Origin: Octopus vulgaris
Taxonomy: Eukaryota
Assembly: GCA_951406725.2 (NCBI GenBank)
Contig: OX597833.1
Coordinates: 58,094,001 to 58,158,000, forward strand
Length of the DNA stretch: 64,000 bases
Direction of reading: 5' to 3'
A program made the position numbers and the translations under genes. Below, one piece after another: positions 50,151 to 63,326 of the stretch; position 1 is the stretch's first letter; the number at the start of each line of letters is the position of its first letter. Below the pieces are notes generated by a model. That model saw only the letters and a program-made list of their open reading frames with translations. It ran no database searches and had not been told where the DNA came from.

Positions 50151-52208
50151 ACAAAAACAATGTTCAAATCTTCCCCTGTAGAGGAAAGCACAGAATTTAA
50201 ACAATGTCCTGCGAAGCAGTTAACAAATTTTTTTTTTTTAACAAACAGCAAGTCAACAGTCATCCAACAATACCCTTTGCATTGCTATAACCAGTGATGT
50301 GGGAGAACTCCTCTTGCATTTGCCCTCTTAATTTGCTTCTGTTGATAGATGCCATGATAGAGGCCAAGTTGGGCATTACTGACTAGAACTTTATGGAGTA
50401 TTCATTACAAATTGTGTAATATTTATGACTCTTAAGGAAGTTTGCCTTGAGAATCTTAAAAACTTGGGCAGGTTCCTTACCCTAAGAGAAATTGGGGTGG
50501 AGGCAAACTATATGACTTCTCCTTTATTATAGAAAAGGTTTTTTTATAAACATAAATCTGTCCTCGAATATCTTACTCACCGTGTGTGTGTGTGTGTGTG
50601 TATATGCGCATTGATTTGCGGGGGGGATATAACTGGTGGTTATAAGTTTGAAATGGCCCCATTATTTGTTTGACTCTTTATTTGGTGTAGATATTTTATG
50701 GCTGGATTCCTTTCTTAGTTTCAGTATCCCTGGGAAGGGCTGAGCACTTGAAGTGTTAATGTTTAATACTATGTATAATACAAACTGTGAAGGCGCGTGG
50801 TTAAGTGGTTAGAGCGTCGAGCTTACGATCGTGAGGTTGTGAGCTCGAATCCCGGACTGGGGCTGCGTGTTGTGTTCTTGAGCAAGACACTTTATTTCAT
50901 GTTGCTCCAGTTCACTCAGCTGTAGAAATGAGTTGTGATGTCACAGGTGCCAAGCTGTATCGGCTCCTTTCCCTTGGGCAACATCGGTGACGTGGAGAGG
51001 GGAGGCCGGTATGCATGGGCGACTGCTGGTCTTCCATAAAACAACCTTGCCCAGACTTGTTCCTCAGAGGGTAACTCTAGGTGCAAACCCATGGTCAGTG
51101 TCTGACTGAAGGGGGTCACCACCACCACCAATATTAAACAAGATTTTGTGAACAGATAACCCATCAGTAATAGTTTTTGTCACACTTGCCCCGTGGGTCA
51201 AGCAGTTTTTTTCACTTTTATCTTAACCAAATTACTCTGCTGTTGATATCCCTGCTTCAGCCTACCTTTGACCAACCTTATGTTGGATTACATTGACCAA
51301 GGCAGTGATGTGGCTGACTCGATCATTAGGGCATCATAGCTATTCCTTGCAAGATCTAAGCTTCGAGTGCAGAGAGATGGAATAAGGACTGTATGGTGTT
51401 TTCTATGATCTTTCAATAAACTACCAGTATTTCAGTTAATTTCTCTTGCTGGAAAAAAACCCAGTTGTTTGACCCCATGAACTTTGCTTTTATGGTGGGA
51501 TTTTTTTTAGATTTGATTCTAACAAGAGGTCATGCAGCAGCAGCAGCATAGATGTCTTTTCGGCTTGTGAACTGTTTTGATGACAAAGAATGCAATATTT
51601 GGGGTGAGTCTAAATATTTCTAATTGTTTAATCTGGTTTAAAGTCTTGCATGCATAATCTCCCTCCTGTCAGTGGTCAGATATCAATATTTTTAATACAC
51701 GTAAAAAGCACCATCCGACCGTGGCTGTTGCCAGCCTCGCCTGGCCTCCGTGCCGGTGGCACGTAAAAAGCACCATCCGACCGTGGCCATTGCCAGCTTC
51801 ATCTGGCACGTAAAAAGCACCCACTACACTCACAGAGTGGTTGGCATCAGGAAGGGCATCCAGCTGTAGAAACACTGCCAGATCAGACTGGAGCCTGGTG
51901 CAGCCTTCAGGCTTCCCAGACCCCAGTTGAACCATCCAACCCATGCTAGCATGGAAAGCGGACGATGATGATGATGATGACAACTAACACTGCCTTTAAG
52001 ACTTGTTCCAATACATTAAACTGTAATAATCTGTATACGAATGATTTCCTTCTGATCTCTTAGCTGTAATTTTGATTGTTAGAATTAATTGTTGCTGGTT
52101 TCCTTCAGATAGCAGTTAGTGTCAAGTAACAAACTTGAGTTGTGAAACGGAGGAGGTGGGGGAGAACTTTTGAAGTATGTGTGGTAGCGAGGCAGTGTGG
52201 CCCATTAA

Positions 52209-52793
52209 CCCCTTACCCAACAATTATTTTGAAAATAAATGTATTTTTTCAGACATATTTTTTAATTGTTTTATTTTACTATGTTTTGAATGGTGATTTC
52301 GAGGTATATTTCAAACCTTATTTATTATGAATTTTAATTCAATAATATTGATTTTAAATTACCACTTTGGGCAGAAACGAGTTAACCCGTTTTTTTCATA
52401 AATCATATTACTTTTACAAAAAATCATGTTATTTTATTTGGTTATCGACATGGTGAGGTTATAATATAAAGGTATAAAAAAAAAACAACGTAAAAACAAA
52501 GTGAATACTTCTATTCATAAAATGTGCCTTCCAACCCTTCGACTGTCTCCAGGTGACTAAATCATACTCTGTCTTCAATGCCTTACTCAAGCGAAAGGTG
52601 GCAGAAATCATCACTGTCAGACGTATAAAGTGAGCGAATATACTCATATATGTCAAAAAAGAGTTTATAATAGACAAAGGAACTCGTTTGCTGTCGATTT
52701 TGGCGAGTCTATCTTTTGATGAGTTAACTCGCCAGAGATAGAAAAAAACGATTTCGGTCAAAACGCATATATTCGTTTCTGCCGGGTAAGGGG
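52209..52793. mobile_element. piggyBac-type non-autonomous element
   Basis: TTAA|CCCCTTACCC...GGGTAAGGGG|TTAA. Confidence 0.7.
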
Positions 52794-54269
52794 TTAATAT
52801 GGGCTTGGTGAAAGGCAGCATCCATGACTTGTTCAGTGTATATATACCTGTATAAGGTGTGGAGGCGCAATGGCCCAGTGGTTAGGGCAGCGGACTCGCG
52901 GTCGTAGGATCGCGATTTCGATTCCCAGACCGGGCGTTGTGAGTGTTTATTGAGCGAAAGCACCTAAAGCTCCACGAGGCTCCGGCAGGGGGTGGTGGTG
53001 ATCCCTGCTGTACTCTTTCACCACAACTTTCTCTTACTTCCTGTTTCTGTTGTACCTGTATTTCAAAGAGCCGGCCTTGTCACTCTCTGTGTCACGCTGA
53101 ATATCCCTGAGAACTGCATTAAGGGTACACGTGTCTGTGGAGTGCTCAGCCACTTACACATTAATTTCACGAGCAGGCTGTTCCGTTGATCAGATCAATC
53201 GGAACCCTCGTCGTCGTAACCGACGGAGTGCTTCCATCCATCCACCTGTGTAAGGGAAGAAAAAGATGTATTTTCTGTTGGGTTGCTGTGCTGCTTGGGA
53301 TTTGAGAAAATTGTTGGATTTGGTGGGAGAGGGGGAAAGTTGTGGGCCATAAGTTTATGGTAGACTGAGATGGAAGCTGACAACGGACAAATAGCCAAGT
53401 CATCTGTGGGATGGAAGTTGCTGTTTATTTGTTTGTTTGTTGAGCGAAGCGGTCTTCGTCCCCAAGTGGGAGAAGTCTGAAACATGGTCCTTTGTTATTC
53501 GTAAGACCCGCAGAAGAGAAAGCAGGTCAACCCCCGGCACCGAGAGCATCGACGGATGGATAAATGCGCATCCAGGCTCAGCGGTTGTGTAGGAAGTCAG
53601 GGACAAGAAACAGGAAGAAAGAGTGAGAAAGTTGGGGGCGAAAGAGTACAACAGGGCCGCCACCATCCCCTGCTGGAACCTCGTGGAGCTTTAGGTGTTT
53701 TCGCTCAATAAACACAACACTCGGTCTGGGAATCGAAACTGCGATCCTCCAACTGCGAGTCTGCTACCCTAACCACTGGGCCATTGCGCCTCCACATCAT
53801 CATCATCATTGTTCGACCGTGGTCGACTTTCATAGTCTTTTCAAATGGCTAATAATGTGTGCGCGTGCCACTACTACACACATTGGAAAGCATTGTACAA
53901 CCAAGCACTAAAGATGATCTTTCCTCCTCCATGAAATAAAGCTGTTCCCGCTGGACGTCAACCAGTATTTCTAAGCTACGGACCCAGTGATTTATTGTAA
54001 GGTTATCTCCGTAGATAGATTGCCTTCACTACGGCTAAGGAGCCCTTTCTACCCCATACAGAGGTTGCTGTCTTGTGAGAGGGCATTGATACACTCATCA
54101 ATGGTATGTTCAGGGGATTGGCTCAATAAACAGGGTGAAAATTTGGTCTTCAGTACAGCTTAGGGCTGCACGACCTCTTTTTTTTTTTTTTTTTTTTTTT
54201 CTTAGGGATAATATCCATAAATTTGATAGTCATCGTGAAAAGTTTAGTGAGCACTAAAAGGAATATGTT

Positions 54270-54850
54270 TTTCTTTATTTATTTACCAATAAAGGTATAC
54301 ATAGAGGGGACACTAATATTTTTACAAATGGATGGGTTACAGTGAAATGGAAAAAAATCAAATGTTGAATATAAAGAACGAACTAGTTATAATTAAAGCT
54401 TTGCAATTATAATGTTCCAGGTTCTTTTTCCTAAATTAACCTGCCGGTTTTTATCTCCTTTGGTTTTTTTTTCCGCTTTTTACCTTTTGGCCTTGACCAG
54501 CTGTACTAGCATGGTCCTATTCATCCTCAGCTTCCTTACTACAGACATCCATCTTTCCAGACACAGTTTGCATTTGGCCCCTTTTCTCCTGTGGTGTAGG
54601 GCAGTTCGCTCTTATGCGGCCTTTCTGGCCACATTTAAAACAGCGAGGAATCCTGCCCTCCACCCACACTTTCAGGATCAAATCCCCCAATCCACAGGTT
54701 CTCGGGAAGCACTTCGGGGACCCCCACCTCAGCTTGGATGGTAATTTCGATTTGTCCCTTCCATCACTTCCGCTTGAATTACCTTCACCTCTTTGAGGGT
54801 CAATGTCATCAGCATCCAGGCTGATTGTGGATTGGCATCAGCGTTGAGTA
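54270..54850 (-). mobile_element. Third ORF1(CCHC) remnant, 3' part with tail
   Basis: VEGRIPRCFKCGQKGRIRANC at ~54601-54664; tail ACATAGAGGGGACA plus a TTTATT run at ~54271-54312. Confidence 0.6.
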
Positions 54851-57645
54851 ATTTAGTTGCTTCTATGTATGTTTATAAAAGTGACCATAGCAACCTCCTG
54901 CCGACCTTGAACTTCCTTCTAGGGTCAGTAAGATAAAGCAGCAGATAAGTACCAAGGTTGACCCGTTCCCTCTAAAATTCATGGCTGTGTGCCAAAGTTA
55001 GCTTAATATCGTTAGCAATAGTAGTTTATCAATTAAATACTTTAAGGCGGCGAGCTGGCAGAAACGTTAGCACGCCGGGTGAAATGCTTAGCGGTATTTC
55101 GCCTGTCGTTACGTTCTGAGTTCAAATTCCGCCAAGGTCAACTTAGCCTTTCATCCTTTCGGGGTCGATAAATTAAGTACCAGTTTCGCACTGGAGTCGA
55201 TGTAATCGACTTAATCCCTTTGTCTGTCCTTGTTTGTCCCCTCTATGTTTAGCCCCTTGTGGGTAGTAAAAAAAAAAATAGGTATTTCGCCTGTCGTTAC
55301 GTTCTGAGTTCAAATTCCGCCAAGGTCGACTTTGCCTTTCATCCTTTCGGGGTCGATAAATTAAGTACCAGTTTCGCACTGGAGTCGATGTAATCGACTT
55401 AATCCCTTTGTCTGTCCTTGTTTGTCCCCTCTATGTTTAGCCCCTTGTGGGCAGTAAACAAAAAATATATATAAATATTTTACAGCCTGTTATGTAATCT
55501 ATGACTGGCTTAACTAGGCATAAGGAAGATTTGTTTTGGTTGTACCATGCTTCCCGCTTGCCAAGTTCAACACTAGCCTTTAACATGTATTTTTGACTAG
55601 TATGATTTGGCATTTGTGTTCTGTCTAGATAGATAAGTTGCTTTAGTATTGACTGCTGTAAAAAGCACCTTATACACTCTGTAAAGTGGTTAGTACTAGG
55701 AAAGGCATCAAGTTGTGGAAATCAACGAAGCAGAACTCGTTATAGTCCTTAGGTTTGCCAGCTCGTCAAACTGTCCAACCCATACCAGCATTAAAATGTT
55801 GTAAAATGAGGATGTTTCTATGAGCTTGTCCCCTTTTTCTGCTATGTTCACCTGTGGTAGAATGTGCACTGACATGAGATAGTTACCTGCATAATATGAA
55901 TCTTGTCATTAGGCATACTTCATGTTTGTTTCATGAGTTACACTCTTGCGTGGCTTAGGAGCTGTTGGGAGAGGGTATTAATTTTATTGTAAGGCGGCGA
56001 GCTGGCAGAAACGTTAGCACGCCGGGCGAAATGCTTAGCGGTATTTCGTCTGCCACTATGTTCTGAGTTCAAATTCTGCCGAGGTCGACTTTGCCGTTCA
56101 TCCTTTCGGGGGTCGATAAATTAAGTACCAGTTACGCACTGGGGTCGTCGATGTAATCGACTTAATCCATTTGTCTGTCCTTGTTTGTCCCCTCTGTGTT
56201 TAGCCCTCTTGGGTAATGAAGAAATAGGTATTAATTTTAGCTTATATTTTCCTAGATTGATTACTTTTACTGTAGCTAAGGGGCTCAGTCTACCCTTGCA
56301 AAAATCTATTTAACCCCATAGATGGGACCCTGACTGATACTACTGTTTTGTGTCAAAATGGACCTGTGAGAAATGGTAGCTAAGAGGTGACTCCACACTC
56401 CCCACAACTTCCAAACTGGACCCTTACCACTAGATGCTTCACCATATCCTATATACTTTTATTGGTATTGAATACCTTTTCATTATACTATAACAGAAAT
56501 TCTAATCTCCAGAATAAACCTTGTGATGACACCCCTTACTGTTTGATATCTGAGTATGTCACAACCCTTTGGTTAAAAGCCACTGGTTGTCTATTTCTGG
56601 ATGGCCCTACCTGGGCCAGATTGATTTGGTTTGAGCTTAGTAGTATCTGCTTGACTGCAGATATGTCACAACCCTTTGGTTAAAAGCCACTGGTTGTCTA
56701 TTTCTGGATGGCCCTACCTGGGCCAGATTGATTTGGTTTAAGCTTAGTAGTATGTGCTTGACTGCACTTTAGGTGTGTGTCATGGTATAGTTTCAGTAAC
56801 TAATATGTTGGCTTTTTACAAAAATCTCCATTTTTAGGTAGGGTATTTGAGAACATACTTTGGTACCTCTTATGCTCTCCGTCACCAACCTCACTAATAA
56901 ATCTGTTCCTCTTGTCACACTGTAACTTCTCTCAATTCCGTGTCTAAAGGTGTCACTTTCTCTCCTCTCCATGTCCTTTGATGATGGAGGCTCTTGTGAA
57001 GGTGGCCATCACTAGTGCTGTTAAAAAAAAAAATGAATGCACCCAGTATACTCTGTAAAATGGTTGGCAACTAAAGCAAGCAACAGTTTGAGAGGACCCT
57101 TTAGTGTAGGGTATGGCCAAGACAACCTTCAAAAGTACTGGTGCTATGGTAAACTGTACCCAGTACACACTGTAAAGTGGTTAAGAGCATCCAGCTCTTA
57201 AAACAAAGCAAAAACTGAGAAATTATGTTTGGGATTATTCTAGCCATTATGTTAGGTCATAAAGTATAAAATTTGTAGAAAAGAAAATTTCTTCCTTGTA
57301 TTTATAAAAACATTAGCAAACTTTTTTTATTCATCAAAGTATGCACCCATACTGTCAATACACTTTTGCCATTTCAGTGGTAGCCTTGTCCAGCCAAGAA
57401 CTCTAAAAGCCTGGCAATCTAGATGCAATAAAATCTTGGAAGACCTGTTTCACAGCATCATTTGAGTTAAATGTTTTCCTATGGGCGTAGGAGTGGCTGT
57501 GTGGTAAGTAGCTTGCTTACCAACCACATGGTTCCGGGTTCAGTCCCACTGCGTGGCATCTTGGGCAAGTGTCTTCTGTTATAGCCTCGGGCCGACCAAT
57601 GCCTTGTGAGTGGATTTGGTAGACGGAAACTGAAAGAAGCCTGTC

Positions 57646-57698
<53 letters not shown>

Positions 57699-58154
57699 TG
57701 TGTTTGTCCCCCCTTAGCATTGCTTGACAACCGATGCTGGTGTGTTTACGTCCCCGTCACTTAGCGGTTCGGCAAAAAAGACCGATAGAATAAGTACTGG
57801 GCTTACAAAGAATAGGTCCTGGGGTCGATTTGCTCGACTAAAGGCGGTGCTCCAGCATGGCCGTAAGTCAAATGACTGAAACAAGTAAAGGAGTAAATAT
57901 ACGAGTATCAAGAAGTTATCCAGATTCTGTACAAATTTCCGACTTATAGATCGGATTTTGCTATTTTTGTTTGGAGCTGGATAAATACTTTATAAAGCGC
58001 AAAATGAGTTTGACAGCTGCCCATATTGCACCCATTATTGTATTTTGACAATATTTTTTGTTAGAATTGAGAAAGATGTCAGCTTTCTAAGTTTGATATA
58101 CCTTACTAGAAATTTCATACTTGATGACCTAATATATTCAACCTTTACGTAACG

Positions 58155-58550
58155 AGATTCAGGGAGATTTAGCTGTTCATTGTAATCAATTATATTCCTT
58201 TTTCTTTCAAACCTGAATTCATGTCGAATAAAGTGCTGGCCCCGTATTAGGGTTTGTTTGACTATACCGTTTTCTAAATTTACATAACAAGATTCAGGGA
58301 GATTTAGCTGTTCATTGTAATCAATTATATTCCTTTTTCTTTCAAATCTGAATTCATGTCGAATAAAGTGCTGGCCCCGTATTAGGGTTTGTTTGACTAT
58401 ACCCTTTTCTAAATTTACATAACAAGATTCAGGGAGATTTAGCTGTTCATTGTAATCAATTATTTTCCTTTTTCTTTCAAATCTGAATTCATGTCGAATA
58501 AAGTGCTGGCTCAGTATTGGGGCTTCATTTGACTATACCCTCTTCTAAAA
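58155..58550. repeat. 135-bp tandem repeat x3
   Basis: AGATTCAGGGAG at 58155, 58290 and 58425. Confidence 0.9.
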
Positions 58551-59554
58551 TTTGAGACCCTGTGCTTATGTTATTTACTCTGCCCTTTTTAGTGTGACAG
58601 TGTTGGAATCGGTCCTGTAGTCTGATGTGAGTGCCTAGGCAGCATTTCAGTTGTATCTTGTCACATTCTGCCAATTTTGCCTTTTAATTTTCTGGTGTAA
58701 GTCCAGTACGGTACCAATCAAATGGACCTAAGCCGACTTGATCAACTACTCTACCCTTTGCCAATGCTACATAAATAACCAGGTTAGATATTGAATGAGA
58801 TTTATTCAAACGTCCTTGGTAACCCTTTCATTCAGGATGGTTAATTTATGACCAAAAGTTTCTCGTAGATGAGAATGTCAGCATCAGGACAATGGCCTAC
58901 CATTTAAATTAGTCTACAATTAGAAATTAGGAGGCGCAATGGCCCAGTGGTTAGGGCAGCGGACTCGCGGTCATAGGATCGCGGTTTCGATTCCCAGACC
59001 AGGCGTTGTGAGTGTTTATTGAGCGAAAACACCTCAAAGCTCCACGAGGCTCTGGCAGGGGATGGTGGTGATCCCTGCTGTAATCTTTCACCACAACTTT
59101 CTCTCACTCTTACTTCCTGTTTCTGTTGTACCTGTATTTCAAAGGGCCGGCCTTGTCACTCTCTGTGTCACGCTGAATCTCCCCGAGAACTACGTTAAGG
59201 GTGCACGTGTCTGTGGAGTGCTCAGCCACTTACACGTTAATTTCACGAGCAGGCTGTTCCGTTGATTCGGATCAACCGGAACCCTCATCGTCGTAACCGA
59301 CGGAGTGCTTCCATCATAATTAGAAATTGGCAGCTAATGGTATTCTGTTTCTGTTTTTGAAAGTTAACTTCCCAATGTGGTGTTATTAATTCAGCCATTC
59401 TTATATGCTTTTTCCTGACTTTCTAACAGTAAGAAAATAAATCTTTGAATTTGTTCTAGTTGAAATCAATGCCGATGTCAGTTTTACCTGTCATTCTTCT
59501 TGGCTCTATAAAATAAAATACCAGTTAAGTATTCAAGTCAGTATACTTAACAAT

Positions 59555-60240
59555 ATTTTTACTACAAATGGCATTGTGCTTGTGTTAGAAAACCTGTTTG
59601 TTGCTGGTAGAATTAGAGTACTTGACCTTGCAGTATTTAATTGTAATCTTTTATGTTCTGAGTTCAAATCCTGCTAGAATTAAATTTTTCTTATCCTTCT
59701 GGAACAGAAAACTTCATTTTTTACTACAAATGGCATTGTACTTGCGTTAGAAATCCGGTTTGTTGCAGTAGAAAACCTCATTTTTTACTACAAATGGCAT
59801 TGTGCTTGCGTTAGAAATCCTGTTTGTTGCTGGTAGAATTAGAGTACTTGACCTTGCAGTATTTAATTGTAATCTTTTATGTTCTGAGTTCAAATCCTGC
59901 TGGGATTAAATTTTTCTTATCCTTCTGGAGCAGAAAACTTCATTTTTTACTACAAATGGCATTGTGCTTGCGTTAGAAATCCTGTTTGTTGCTGGTAGAA
60001 TTAGAGTACTTGACCTTGCAGTATTTAATTGTAATCTTTTATGTTCTGAGTTCAAATCCTGCTAGAATTAAATTTTTCTTATCCTTCTGGAGTAGAAAAC
60101 CTCATTTTTTACTACAAATGGCATTGTGCTTGCATTAATTTTGTTGGCAGAATCGCAGCACTAGACTAGGTGCCTTGCAGTTGTATTGCAGTCTTTTATG
60201 TTCTGAGTTCAAAACCTACTGGAATCAAATTTGATTTTTT
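59555..60240. repeat. 162-bp tandem repeat (about 4 units plus a 64-bp partial), SINE-derived
   Basis: ACTACAAATGGC at 59561, 59723, 59787, 59949 and 60111; contains the GTTCTGAGTTCAAATCC B-box-like segment. Confidence 0.85.
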
Positions 60241-60364
60241 TTTTTATCCTTTTGGGACTGATTTAATCAGCTGTATTACTACCACCACTGCAACCAATCT
60301 ATACTTGTGACTTTATGTTCAGACTAGAATTAAATATGGTAGAAAGCATATCAAACTGCTTTAG

Positions 60365-60483
60365 CTATGAAGTCTTCTGTTTCGAGTTCAAATCACGAGT
60401 AGATATCACTATTTTATCCAAAGGATCCTTGACAAGGTCATCCATCTTACTAGATATAGCTACTAGGGCTTTCACATCGTTTC
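60365..60483 (-). CDS. Probable terminal exon of the same minus-strand gene
   Basis: Minus strand TTCTTTCCTATCACAG acceptor, phase-1 entry compatible with exon 63237-63326: (G)NDVKALVAISSKMDDLVKDPLDKIVISTRDLNSKQKTS*. Confidence 0.6.
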
Positions 60484-62027
60484 CTGTGATAGGAAAGAAT
60501 TGAAGCTGAAATGTATCGGATCGTACATGTTTAAGGGTTGAGACCCAAGGCCAGACAATTACCTGGTCACTTTTTTTAAAAGTTGATAAAACATTGATAT
60601 ATTAATAGCTTGTCCCTTTCTCTGCAAAGGCTGTAATGATTTGTCCTTGTGAACAAAATATTTGAATGCTTGCTCTCAAATTTTATGGCTGGGTTGTTTA
60701 GGTTGGAGACTTCCATTATCAGATCTAGGATCAAAAGTATTCTATCTCTGACCCGATCTTTTTTAGAAATATGTCAAGGACTACATCATACAATATCTTG
60801 GTTTTAGAGATATTAGCATATCATTATAGGAAGTGTTGGTCTCTATATCCAGCAGAACAAGCTGCTGCTTTAGTGGGTAAAAAAAAAAAGGCAAAGAAAA
60901 AAGGTGGTGAGCTGGCAGAAGCGTTAGCACGCTGGGCGAAATGCTTAGCGGTATTTCGTCTGCCGTTATGTTCTGAGTTCAAATTCCGCCAAGGTCGACT
61001 TTGCCTTTCATCCTTTCGGGGGTCGATAAATTAAGTACCAGTTACGCACTGGGATCGATGTAATCGACTTAATCCCTTTGTCCTTGTTTGTTTCCTCTAT
61101 GTTTAGCCTCTTGTGGGCAATAAAGAAATAAGAAACATTGGCACGCCGGGCGAAATGCTTAGTGTTACGTTCTGAGTTCAAATTCCGCCGAGGTCGACTT
61201 TGCCTTTCATCCTTTCGGGGTTGATATAATCGACTTAATCCGTTTGTCCTTGTTTGTCCTCTCTGTGTTTGGCCCCTTGTGGGTAGTAAAGAAATAGGTA
61301 CTATCATTTGTAGTTTGCACATGTCTGCCCCAAACATACATGTAGTATGGTGGCCGGAGCAATGGTTTGTCCTTGCATTTAATATTTCATACTGGACTTG
61401 TTGCTGCACCATCATGTAGTTATGCCATGTAGATGCCGTGGCTACTCGTCAAGTCTCGGTCTAATATCTATGAAATGTATCTTAAGCCTGTCAGCTTTGC
61501 TTGAACAGATCTATGGCACAGAAGTGACAGACACTTCAAACTGACCGTCTCAAATGATTGCAGGACAATGGTTTATTTATATCTTGTATTTGTAAAGAGT
61601 AATGTTACTAGTTAGAGGTTTCCGCAAGAGTAATTACTGGTACATTACAGCATCCATATGCTTTGAAAGACAATGGTATGCACTACTATCTAATCAAGAT
61701 TTGAGTCATGCCATCTGCTGTGACAGGTTTTATCTCGTATCTTGTGGCCATTTTTGCAGCTAAAAAAAAAAATTTTCAAATTGTATTTGGCCTTGACATT
61801 GTTTCTGTCACATGGGCTCTCCTGACCTCTGTTCCCCCACCCATCCACCTACTAAACTTTGACTGCACCTTAGCAATGTCTCTTTATGTTGCTCTGATCT
61901 GCAACCAAGTCGGTCTTCATGTTCACTGGCAAGGATGACCCCTGTCAAGTGTTGTTGTTGTTGGCCACTACAGATGGCTAAAAAAGTAGTGAAGTATACA
62001 TTGAATGCTTGTTACTATGTTCTCATT

Positions 62028-63236
62028 CTTAATTTTATCAATCAATTTAGCCTTCCATATCTTAGGCATTGATTAAAATAGTCCCAGTGAAGTATTGGAG
62101 TCAGTCATTGACTTGCCTTCTTACCTCAAAATTTTTGGTCTTAATTTCATCAATCAATTTAGCCTTCCATATCTTAGGCATTGATTAAAATAGTCCCAGT
62201 GAAGTATTGGAGTCAGTCATTGACTTGCCTTCTTACCTCAAAATTTTTGGTCTTAATTTTATCAATCAATTTAGCCTTCCATATCTTAGGCGTTGATTAA
62301 AATAGTCCCAGTGAAGTATTGGAGTCAGTCATTGACTTGCCTTCTTACCTCAAAATTTTTGGTCTTAATTTTATCAATCAATTTAGCCTTCCATATCTTA
62401 GGCGTTGATTAAAATAGTCCCAGTGAAGTATTGGAGTCAGTCATTGACTTGCCTTCTTACCTCAAAATTTTTGGTCTTAATTTTATTAATCAATTTAGCC
62501 TTCCATATCTTAGGCGTTGATTAAAATAGTCCCAGTGAAGTATTGGAGTCAGTCATTGACTTGCCTTCTTACCTCAAAATTTTTGGTCTTAATTTTATCA
62601 ATCAGTTTAGCCTTCCATATCTTAGGCATTGATTAAAATAGTCCCAGTGAAGTATTGGAGTCAGTCATTGACTTGCCTTCTTACCTCAAAATTTTTGGTC
62701 TTAATTTTATCAATCAATTTAGCCTTCCATATCTTAGGCGTTGATTAAAATAGTCCCAGTGAAGTATTGGAGTCAGTCATTGACTTGCCTTCTTACCTCA
62801 AAATTTTTGGTCTTAATTTTATCAATCAATTTAGCCTTCCATATCTTAGGCGTTGATTAAAATAATCCCAGTGAAGTATTGGAGTCAGTCATTGACTTGC
62901 CTTCTTACCTCAAAATTTTTGGTCTTAATTTTATCAATCAATTTAGCCTTCCATATCTTAGGCGTTGATTAAAATAGTCCCAGTGAAGTATTGGAGTCAG
63001 TCATTGACTTGCCTTCTTACCTCAAAATGTTTGGTCTTAATTTTATCAATCAGTTTAGCCTTCCATATCTTAGGCATTGATTAAAATAGTCCCAGTGAAG
63101 TATTGGAGTCAGTCATTGACTTGCCTTCTTACCTCAAAATTTTTGGTCTTAATTTTATCAATCAGTTTAGCCTTCCATATCTTAGGCATTGATTAAAATA
63201 GTCCCAGTGAAGTATTGGAGTCAGTCATTGACTTAC
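62028..63236. repeat. 112-bp tandem repeat (~11 units)
   Basis: ATCAATTTAG at 62041, 62153, 62265...; the unit resembles a decayed family-C core. Confidence 0.92.
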
Positions 63237-63326
63237 CTTCTTTCCCACCATGGGAAAAGTTTTGTTGCAGTGTTAATTTAAATTCGGCTATGGTGGATCG
63301 AATCCTCTTCATGCTAGCAAGATCCA
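63237..63326 (-). CDS. Probable penultimate exon of an unidentified minus-strand gene
   Basis: Minus strand TTTGTAG acceptor, 90 nt open, phase 1/1: (V)DLASMKRIRSTIAEFKLTLQQNFSHGGKE; perfect AAG|GTAAGT donor. Confidence 0.6.
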
